A DNA stretch of 64,000 nt from Candidatus Moraniibacteriota bacterium. GTDB lineage: Bacteria > Patescibacteriota > Minisyncoccia > Moranbacterales > UBA1568. Position numbers and translations under genes: made by a program. The stretch lies in the NCBI GenBank assembly GCA_049287005.1, contig JBAQEZ010000003.1:31493-95492 (forward strand), written 5' to 3'. Shown piece after piece: positions 57,946-64,000 of the stretch; within the stretch, counting starts at the first letter, position 1, and the number at the start of each line of letters is the position of its first letter. Below the pieces are notes generated by a model. It did not search any database and was not told where the DNA came from. It saw only the letters and a program-made list of their open reading frames with translations.

Positions 57946-58566
57946 TTAAATTTTTCCGACGAGATCGATGCCAGGCTTCAGTGTTTTGTCGCCTTTTTTC
58001 CAGTTGGCTGGGCAGACTTCCCCGCCATGTTCTCGGACGAAAACAGCCGCCTCGAGTTTGCGGAGCAATTCAGCGGCGCTGCGGCCGATATTGTTGGCGT
58101 GTATCTCGTAGGCCTGCAAGACACCATCGGGATCAATGATGAAGCTGCCGCGCAGTGCCAGGCCCCTGTCCTCCCCTTCTTCTATATAGATGCCAAAGTA
58201 CTTGGTCAAATCACCAGCCGGATCACCGACCATGGGAGAGGCGATTTTTTTGATAGTCGGGGAAGCATCGTGCCAGGCTTTGTGAGCGAACTTGGTGTCC
58301 GTACTGACAGAGAGCACTTCAGCGTTCAGCTTTTGGAATTGCTCGTAGTGAGCGGCCATTTCTTCGAGCTCTGTCGGGCAGACAAAGGTGAAGTCAGCCG
58401 GATAGAAGAACAGGATGACCCACTTGCCTTTGAAGTCCGCGAGGTGCGCTTTGCGAAAAGCATTCTGATGGTAGATGTCGACTTCGAAATCAGCGACTGG
58501 CTGTCCGATAACCGGAGGCAGAGCGGAAGCGCATGAGCCATCGCCACAACATGAATCTTGATACAT
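57946..58566 (-). CDS. 2-Cys peroxiredoxin (AhpC/TSA family) with a short Cys-rich N-terminal extension
   Basis: Peroxidatic Cys FTFVCPTE and resolving Cys GEVCPANW. N-terminal MYQDSCCGDGSCAS extension. An alternative TTG start lies at 58590. Confidence 0.85.
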   Translation of the reverse strand: MYQDSCCGDGSCASALPPVIGQPVADFEVDIYHQNAFRKAHLADFKGKWVILFFYPADFTFVCPTELEEMAAHYEQFQKLNAEVLSVSTDTKFAHKAWHDASPTIKKIASPMVGDPAGDLTKYFGIYIEEGEDRGLALRGSFIIDPDGVLQAYEIHANNIGRSAAELLRKLEAAVFVREHGGEVCPANWKKGDKTLKPGIDLVGKI

Positions 58567-58809
58567 AGGTTTGCTTTTAAATATTAACAAACGGAGCGTT
58601 CCGTGTACCCATGATAGAGGGTTGATTTCGACGTGTCAACTCGCCTGATTTTAAGCCGATAAAGAGGGGTACTATTTTATGATTTTGATAATTTCAACAA
58701 TATGTAGTGGCGCTTTTTATATTTCTACCACAAGAGCAAAAAAAGAAGGAGAGAAAAAATTCCTTCAAAAAATGAGGGGATCCCATCGATTTTGAAGGCT
58801 GCAAGAGGC

Positions 58810-59097
58810 TCATTTTTTGAGCGGAGGAATGATCTGATTTCCTCTTCTCCCAAGAGCGAACCGTGTGATATTTTCGAGAATCGTATCGAGAATGCGCCCG
58901 AGAGATTCTTCGCTATAAGATCCGATATGCGGAGTGAAGACAGCGTTGTCGCGGCCGAGCAAATTTTTGCCTTGATCGATCTGTCGTATCTGATCGGGCG
59001 CGCGGTTTTCACGCAAGTACCTCATCGAGTGAAACGTATCCGAAACGGAGTATTTCCGAAAGAAGGTATAGCGATCTTCGTAGGAGGCTGTTTTCAT
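58810..59097 (-). pseudogene. Remnant (C-terminal ~95 aa) of a D-isomer-specific 2-hydroxyacid dehydrogenase gene
   Basis: ...LLGRDNAVFTPHIGSYSEESLGRILDTILENITRFALG matches the C-terminal end of D-2-hydroxyacid/phosphoglycerate dehydrogenases. No NAD-binding or catalytic domain is encoded upstream. Confidence 0.45.
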
Positions 59098-59188
59098 AAT
59101 GCGTGCCTGCTCCAGAGCTTGCCCTCAAGGCGAATACCGTATAGTATACTTCAACGTCCACTTTTCACGTCAATCACCTGTTTGCTCT

Positions 59189-60217
59189 ATGGACACGCAA
59201 GTATCAAGCGAAAAAATACTGCTGGAGGTTCCGCGCCGTCTCGTCGATAAGCGGCTGGATGTGGCAGTTTTTGATTTGCTGCACAAAAAACTGCCAGGGA
59301 GCGATTTTTCACGCGGAAGCGTTGCCCGTCTGATCAAAGAGCACAAGATCTCTCTCAATGGCGCGCTGGTATCAGCGACATATCTGGTAAAGCTGCATGA
59401 TCGGGCGGAAGTTTCTACCCAAGATCTCTTTGCGGCCGCGCCGCAGCTGGAGCCGCGCACCGACATCGATTTGCCTGTATTGTACGAAGACACTGCCGTG
59501 GTGGTCATCAATAAGCCGGAAGGGATCCAGATTCACCCGGCTGGCAATATCGATATGAAGACGGTGGCGCACTGGGTGATCACGCGGTACCCGGAAATAC
59601 GCGGTATTGGAGAAGATCCGCTGCGGCCGGGCATCGTGCATCGTTTGGATCGGGAGACATCCGGGGTGTTGGTCATCGCCAAGACAAACTCGGCTTTTCA
59701 AGCGCTCAAGGAGCTGTTCCAGAAACGTACTATCCAAAAGACGTATATCGCTCTGGTGTACGGGCATATGCCGGCGCTGGAAGGTCAGATAGACAAACCT
59801 CTGATACGCCACTCCGGCGAGCTCAAACGCTTCGTCGTGGAGACACAGCACATACCGGATGGCGCGCGGCAAGCTCTCACTCTCTATCGTGTCATCGCCC
59901 GCTATGCTGAATTCGATCTTTTGGCCGTCACGCCAAAAACGGGGCGGACGCATCAGATTCGGGTACATCTGGCCTCTCTCGGTTGTCCCATTGTGGGCGA
60001 CAAACTCTACGCTTTCAAGTCTATGCGCCGTGGAGACAAGCTCTTTTCGGAGCGGCAAATGCTGCACGCCTACCGCTTGGAATTCGAGCTTTTCGCCAAA
60101 AAGTATGCTTTTGAAGCTCCTCTCCCTCCTGATTTCCGGTCGGTGCTCCGAGATATTGACGAAACGCTGGATGCAGGCTATGATGATGAGGCCTTGAAAA
60201 GCCTTTTACCGGAATAA
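59189..60217 (+). CDS. RluA-family 23S rRNA pseudouridine synthase (RluD-like, with N-terminal S4 domain)
   Basis: S4-like N-terminus, catalytic motif GIVHRLDRETSGVLVIAKT, and HQIRVHLASLGCPIVGD. Confidence 0.85.
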   Translation: MDTQVSSEKILLEVPRRLVDKRLDVAVFDLLHKKLPGSDFSRGSVARLIKEHKISLNGALVSATYLVKLHDRAEVSTQDLFAAAPQLEPRTDIDLPVLYEDTAVVVINKPEGIQIHPAGNIDMKTVAHWVITRYPEIRGIGEDPLRPGIVHRLDRETSGVLVIAKTNSAFQALKELFQKRTIQKTYIALVYGHMPALEGQIDKPLIRHSGELKRFVVETQHIPDGARQALTLYRVIARYAEFDLLAVTPKTGRTHQIRVHLASLGCPIVGDKLYAFKSMRRGDKLFSERQMLHAYRLEFELFAKKYAFEAPLPPDFRSVLRDIDETLDAGYDDEALKSLLPE

Positions 60218-60301
60218 CAAAGGTCAAGGTTTTTTCTTTTTTTTCATCTTTTATCCATTGGCGGTTCTCGATAGAGAAGACCCCCTATTTATCTCAAACG
60301 T

Positions 60302-60751
60302 ATGCAACAGAAGCTCATATCTTTCAATTTGAAGCAGAGAAAGCCGCTTGATACCCCGGAACTCCAAGCCGGAGATGTGGTCAAAATTTTTCGTAAGATC
60401 AAAGAAGGCAGCAAGGAACGCCTTCAGTCCTTTCAGGGCACCGTGATTGCCATCAAGGGCGGTCAGAGTTCTTCGAAAACGATTACCGTGCGCAAGGTTT
60501 CTTTCGGCGTCGGTGTCGAGATTGTTTTTCCTTTGTCTTCGCCACAAATTGAGAAAATTGAATTCATCAAACGGACCCGTGCCCGTCGCGCGAAGCTGTA
60601 CTTCGTGCGTGACAAGTCTGTGAAGGTGCTGAGCAAGAAACTCAAAGAAGTGGCTGTCAAAGGCGGTTTCGTAGCAAAAACAGGGAAAGAGAAGAAGGCT
60701 GCTCCTCAAACCACTGAAGAAGTAACAGCACCGGCAGAGGCGAAGGAATAA
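60302..60751 (+). CDS. rplS: 50S ribosomal protein L19 (with a Lys/Ala-rich C-terminal extension)
   Basis: LQAGDVVKIF...FQGTVIAIKG...ITVRK...GVGVEIVFPLSSPQIEKIE. Confidence 0.9.
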   Translation: MQQKLISFNLKQRKPLDTPELQAGDVVKIFRKIKEGSKERLQSFQGTVIAIKGGQSSSKTITVRKVSFGVGVEIVFPLSSPQIEKIEFIKRTRARRAKLYFVRDKSVKVLSKKLKEVAVKGGFVAKTGKEKKAAPQTTEEVTAPAEAKE

Positions 60752-60878
60752 CTTGTGCTGCGCCTTCCTCGGCGGCGCACTCATATCGTTACGCTTTGCG
60801 TACGAAATGTTTCAAGCTGGGATTGACTTCCATAGAGTTTAAAGAAAGAGGAAAATAAGGTAGAATACAGTACGATAT

Positions 60879-60962
60879 GCCCAGGTGGCGGAATTGGTAT
60901 ACGCGCTAGCTTGAGGTGCTAGTTCTCGCAAGGGATTGGAGGTTCGAGTCCTCTCCTGGGCA
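60879..60962 (+). tRNA. tRNA-Leu (anticodon GAG)
   Basis: Acceptor GCCCAGG/CCTGGGC, anticodon stem CTAGC/GCTAG with loop TTGAGGT, a long variable arm, T-loop GGTTCGAGTCC and discriminator A. Confidence 0.85.
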
Positions 60963-61007
60963 CAGGGGGAATGAAATGAAGGTGAATTACAACTGGAGAC
61001 AAGAAAG

Positions 61008-61080
61008 CGCGCTTAGCTCAGTTGGTTAGAGCACCTCGTTTACACCGAGGGGGTCCAAGGTTCGAGTCCTTGAGCGCGCA
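61008..61080 (+). tRNA. tRNA-Val (anticodon TAC)
   Basis: Acceptor GCGCGCT/AGCGCGC, D-arm GCTCAGTTGGTTAGAGC, anticodon stem CCTCG/CGAGG with loop TTTACAC, T-loop GGTTCGAGTCC. Confidence 0.9.
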
Positions 61081-61215
61081 CAGGAGAACGAAGTGAAGCC
61101 TGTACACGCTCAACAAGCCAACTGCTTGGCTTGCTGAGGGACGAGAAGGCCGGAGCGCTGCCGTAAGGCCGCGAGGCGGGGTCGAGAGCTTGCGAAAGTA
61201 AGACTCGTGACCGAA

Positions 61216-61231
61216 TCCTTGAGCGCGCACC
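61216..61231 (+). repeat. Degenerate direct copy of the tRNA-Val 3' end (TCCTTGAGCGCGCAC), about 135 bp downstream of the intact tRNA-Val
   Basis: CGAGTCCTTGAGCGCGCACA in the tRNA (61062-61081) versus CGAATCCTTGAGCGCGCACC in the copy (61212-61231). The T-loop in the copy is disrupted. Confidence 0.6.
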
Positions 61232-61319
61232 AGCGAATGGAATGAGTTTGTGTAAGGATAGGGGTATTTCAGTGTATAAGTCCGCTTATCCACAGGAAAT
61301 ACAAGGAGATTGACAATTT

Positions 61320-61391
<72 letters not shown>

Positions 61392-61562
61392 CAGAATGTC
61401 TGTGGAAAGGAAAGTCCCTGGGTTTCAGCTATCGTTTTGAAATGATAAGATTGAACTGGGAAGGGGTCGGGAAACGGGAGTTTCCCGTATGGGGTGACCG
61501 CGAGCTGTCGCGGGCTAGAGGGCGGAAGCCCTATAGAGCGCAGCCCGAAGGACAAGCAGTGA

Positions 61563-61583
61563 AATTCCTGCCCCTCAGCACCA
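61563..61583 (+). repeat. Degenerate direct copy of the tRNA-Phe 3' end (TCCTGCCCCTC[G/A]GCAC), about 170 bp downstream of the intact tRNA-Phe
   Basis: AATCCTGCCCCTCGGCACA in the tRNA versus ATTCCTGCCCCTCAGCACCA in the copy. Confidence 0.55.
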
Positions 61584-61636
61584 AAATGGCTGTATAAGGT
61601 GTGGATAAGCTGGGAAAAGGCCTATTCTAGCCCTGG

Positions 61637-61708
61637 GGGACTGTAGCTCAGTGGTAGAGCGCGCGGCTCATAACCGCTTGGTCGATGGTTCGATCCCATC
61701 CAGTCCCA
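61637..61708 (+). tRNA. tRNA-Met (anticodon CAT; elongator-type G1-C72 pair; tRNA-Ile2-lysidine not excluded)
   Basis: Acceptor GGGACTG/CAGTCCC, anticodon stem CGCGG/CCGCT with loop CTCATAA, T-loop GGTTCGATCCC. Confidence 0.85.
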
Positions 61709-61775
61709 CAGAAGAAATGAAAAATTGAGCCAATGTCATCGCTTAGCGGGCCTGCCTCGCCGAAGCGTAGCGTAG

Positions 61776-61850
61776 GCGGGTATCGTATAGCGGCTATTAT
61801 GTGACCTTGCCAAGGTTAAGATAGGGGTTCGACTCCCCTTACCCGCTCCA
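61776..61850 (+). tRNA. tRNA-Gly (anticodon GCC) with encoded CCA
   Basis: Acceptor GCGGGTA/TACCCGC, anticodon loop TTGCCAA, T-loop GGTTCGACTCC, discriminator U and an encoded CCA. The 3' end is overlapped by the stop region of the recombinase gene. Confidence 0.85.
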
Positions 61851-63446
61851 AGTTGCAGAAACAGGCTCAAAAGAGTCTGTTTTTGTTTTATCTGAAGCAA
61901 AATCAGTCAGTTCTAACCTAGGGTTTTGAGCCGTTATCATTTCCATGCCTTTTTCAATGATCTGATACTGCTTTCGGAGAGTGATATCGATCTGTCCATC
62001 CTTCAGGACGAAGCTTGAACCAAGCGCCCGTAGTATTGAAGTCTTGGTTTTATAGTCTCCTTGATTGAAATTATGCTTGGCGTAGATGGCGAATTTGAAT
62101 GTTTTCTCGGTCAGTTCTAACCATTCATCCGCCCGTTGACTTAAAGTGATCAATTTCTGTTCGATTTCAGCTTTCTCTTTAAGAAGGGATGACTTCTGGC
62201 TTTTGAATTCTTCATCGCTCAAGAGTTCTTTTTCGGAGTTAGCGGTTGAGATATATATCTTGAGAAGGTTATCGATGCTCTCTTGGCAGGCCTTGAGAGC
62301 TTTCTGCTGATTCTTGAGCATGATATTCCTGTTATCGACCTCAAGCTCGTTGTCGCGGTTGAGTATTTCCAGGGCAAAAGTGAGAAAGCTCTCTGGTAGA
62401 GCGATCCTGTCTAGCTTTTCAAGAATCTGCTGATTGAGCTTATCGAAAGAAACAGACTTCTGCTTGCAAGGAATATTAATCTTTCTTCGCGTGCAGTGGT
62501 GATAGATAAAGCTTTTGATGACATTCTCGCTCTTTATCCGTTTGGTTTTGATTTCGGTCGTCACATAGCAACCGCATTCACCGCAGCGGATCGTCCCACG
62601 ATAAGGAAGGTCTTTGTGTTTCGTCTGCGGTTTTGCCTTGATTCCTAAGAGTTTCTGGACATAATCGAATTCCCCAGGCGTGATCATCGGCTCATGCTTG
62701 CCTTGATACACCTTATTATCCCATTCGTACTCACCGTAGTAGAAAGAATTGGTAAAAATATCGTACCCATGGCTTTCATAGAGCTTCACCTCGCCATTCT
62801 GTTTCGTTCTTCGTAGCCCCCATTCCTCGTTAGCAATCTCAATTATCTTAGAGATCGAGTATTCACCAGTGAGCATCAAATCCCACATCTTCCGAACCAA
62901 AGGAAACTTTTCTTCATCCGTATGAATAATCTTGCTGCCTTGGTCGCCGCCTTTGTCGTTTTTATATCCGATAGGTGCTCGTCCTGGTCGCCATCCCTTC
63001 TCTGCCTTGGAAAGCATCCCTCGCTTCACATCCTTGCTCAAATCGATGCTGTACTGCGTAGCCATCCCCAATTCAACGCTCATCAGTATCGTGTTGTCGC
63101 CAGTCTTGTAGTCTCTTCCTGGCGTTTGAACCGATTGGACGATGCCTTGCTGCATCAGCCACATGATCTCTCCTCCGTCGATCGGGTTTCGAGCCAAGCG
63201 ATTGAGTTTCCAGCAGAGTATTCCATTCGCTTTTCCTTTCTTGATCTCGCTCAGCATCTTTTCGAACTGCGGACGGCCGGGCTTTTTGGCGGAAATGCTT
63301 TCTTGGTAGGTGCCTTTTATTTCAAGCTTAAGCAGTCTGGCTATCCGCTCCAGTTCTTTCCTCTGATCTTCGATTGATTGGATCTGACGATCTTCGCTGT
63401 CCGTGGACTTACGAAGATACATGAAATACCCGGTGTCCCTTTTCAT
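61839..63446 (-). CDS. Large serine recombinase (site-specific integrase; resolvase-type catalytic domain + recombinase domain + zinc ribbon)
   Basis: Catalytic N-terminus YLRKSTDSEDRQIQSIEDQR with the Ser nucleophile. A large C-terminal recombinase domain with a zinc ribbon CGECGCYV...HHC and a long coiled-coil region; about 535 aa. The track ORF starts at 63473; the start was chosen at MKRDTGYFMYLRK. Confidence 0.85.
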   Translation of the reverse strand: MKRDTGYFMYLRKSTDSEDRQIQSIEDQRKELERIARLLKLEIKGTYQESISAKKPGRPQFEKMLSEIKKGKANGILCWKLNRLARNPIDGGEIMWLMQQGIVQSVQTPGRDYKTGDNTILMSVELGMATQYSIDLSKDVKRGMLSKAEKGWRPGRAPIGYKNDKGGDQGSKIIHTDEEKFPLVRKMWDLMLTGEYSISKIIEIANEEWGLRRTKQNGEVKLYESHGYDIFTNSFYYGEYEWDNKVYQGKHEPMITPGEFDYVQKLLGIKAKPQTKHKDLPYRGTIRCGECGCYVTTEIKTKRIKSENVIKSFIYHHCTRRKINIPCKQKSVSFDKLNQQILEKLDRIALPESFLTFALEILNRDNELEVDNRNIMLKNQQKALKACQESIDNLLKIYISTANSEKELLSDEEFKSQKSSLLKEKAEIEQKLITLSQRADEWLELTEKTFKFAIYAKHNFNQGDYKTKTSILRALGSSFVLKDGQIDITLRKQYQIIEKGMEMITAQNPRLELTDFASDKTKTDSFEPVSATWSG

Positions 63447-63492
63447 GCTGTTACTAAAAATTTGTACGCACAAGAACGATCATATCGCGCTC

Positions 63493-63660
63493 TCATTTTC
63501 TCGTACACTGAGAATCATCTTTCTTCATGGGCTTATAGATCGACCGAATCATCTCGACCAAGCTCTCGGCGCACTCCAAAGACTCTTCGAGAGACAGTTT
63601 TTCTCCTGTTTCTTTCTCGTAGAGCCTTTGGAATTTGAGAGCATCTGATTCGGTGATCAT
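63493..63660 (-). CDS. Small hypothetical protein (55 aa) of the integrated element
   Basis: ORF not in the track: MITESDALKFQRLYEKETGEKLSLEESLECAESLVEMIRSIYKPMKKDDSQCTRK. It lies between the recombinase and the 93-aa ORF on the same strand. Confidence 0.3.
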   Translation of the reverse strand: MITESDALKFQRLYEKETGEKLSLEESLECAESLVEMIRSIYKPMKKDDSQCTRK

Positions 63661-63676
63661 CGTGGTATTGGGTCAG

Positions 63677-63958
63677 TTAAAAAGGGACGCTCTCCTGTTC
63701 AGGGATGTTCTCATTGTTCACGACGTTCACATCGTCATCCTTTTTGGTAATCTTGTAGCGCTTTCGGAGAATCTCGATCTTTTCGTAGCCATCCTCAGTA
63801 AGGGCGTACCCGTCCCTTGTCTTTTCGGTTTTCAAGTCCATAATCCTTTTGATCAAAAACGCCATCGTCTTCGGGCTTTTTTGATCGGCGATACGCTGAC
63901 CCTCGTTGAATTTGTCAGTGATCCTTTTGATTGTTATTCTTGTCCAGCCCTCATCCAT
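63677..63958 (-). CDS. Small hypothetical protein (93 aa) of the integrated element, possibly DNA-binding
   Basis: A charged, Lys/Arg-rich 93-aa ORF followed by a further minus-strand ORF running off the window edge. Confidence 0.4.
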   Translation of the reverse strand: MDEGWTRITIKRITDKFNEGQRIADQKSPKTMAFLIKRIMDLKTEKTRDGYALTEDGYEKIEILRKRYKITKKDDDVNVVNNENIPEQESVPF

Positions 63959-64000
63959 CAGTTCGCAAATGGCTTCGAGAATTTGATACCTATAACTAAG

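Larger units (their letters stand above)
61839..64000. mobile_element. Left end of an integrated element (prophage or integrative island) inserted at the 3' end of tRNA-Gly; continues beyond the window
   Basis: The recombinase gene overlaps and abuts the tRNA-Gly 3' end and is oriented toward it. Downstream are small minus-strand ORFs (55 aa, 93 aa and a further ORF running off the edge), typical of phage regulatory regions. Confidence 0.55.

Noticed and set aside
60823-60866. Promoter for the tRNA array (TTGACT 60823-28; TAGAAT 60861-66)
   Set aside because: The two hexamers are 32 nt apart, which is non-canonical. TAGAAT alone, 12 nt before tRNA-Leu, is plausible as a -10 element but there is no matching -35, so it is not listed as a feature.
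61392-61636. Possible RNase P RNA or other structured RNA between tRNA-Phe and tRNA-Met (GGAAAGTCC and AGGGCGGAAGCCC strings)
   Set aside because: The 245-nt spacer is too short for bacterial RNase P RNA (350 nt or more). Other universally conserved P4 and J-region strings (for example ACAGAANCCGGCTTA-like) were not found. A partial tRNA-Phe 3' copy explains part of it. Left as an unexplained spacer rather than called as an ncRNA.

Overview
This 64-kb window looks like chromosomal sequence from a small-genome bacterium with about 52% GC; the gene content is consistent with a Patescibacteria/CPR-like lineage, but that is an inference. It spans the replication origin: rpmH-rnpA-yidC-jag lie divergent from dnaA-dnaN-DUF721, with a perfect DnaA box, two degenerate DnaA boxes and a 15-bp tandem repeat in the dnaA-dnaN spacer (41949-42207) and a further degenerate box in the dnaA-rpmH spacer (43624-43975). 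Most of the window is housekeeping. Recognisable genes include pyk, polA, ruvA/ruvB/ruvC with yebC, mutM, holA, tsaE, rpsT, rplS, htpX-lemA, purH, purC, a MurE-like ligase with a FemAB transferase, a class A PBP, class Ia ribonucleotide reductase nrdA/nrdB, sodA and a peroxiredoxin. Six tRNAs were found by reading the sequence directly: Ser near 7.4 kb, and a Leu-Val-Phe-Met-Gly cluster at 60.9-61.85 kb. The most unusual features, in rough order of interest: (1) a three-gene module at 34686-37838 made of a stand-alone 7TM protein, a RimK-like ATP-grasp fused to a retropepsin-like protease, and a second CphA-like ATP-grasp; (2) a 1007-aa single polypeptide at 28025-31048 that is a tandem fusion of two complete GspE/PilB-type secretion ATPases, each with Walker A, Walker B, His box and a tetracysteine motif; (3) a large serine recombinase abutting the 3' end of tRNA-Gly at 61839-63446, marking an integrated element that runs off the right edge, plus degenerate direct copies of the tRNA-Val and tRNA-Phe 3' ends that look like old att-site scars; (4) an orphan VirB2/TrbC-like pilin with a Cys-rich C-terminal domain, next to a Wzx / 2xGT2 / 2xWzy_C glycan cluster; (5) heptanucleotide tandem repeats inside two coding sequences; and (6) a 1.25-kb low-coding-density patch at 25375-26627 with a promoter-plus-palindrome candidate small RNA and an orphan gene that has its own RBS and terminator. 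No CRISPR array or rRNA was seen. All calls rest on motif-level reading of the six-frame translations; no database search was run.
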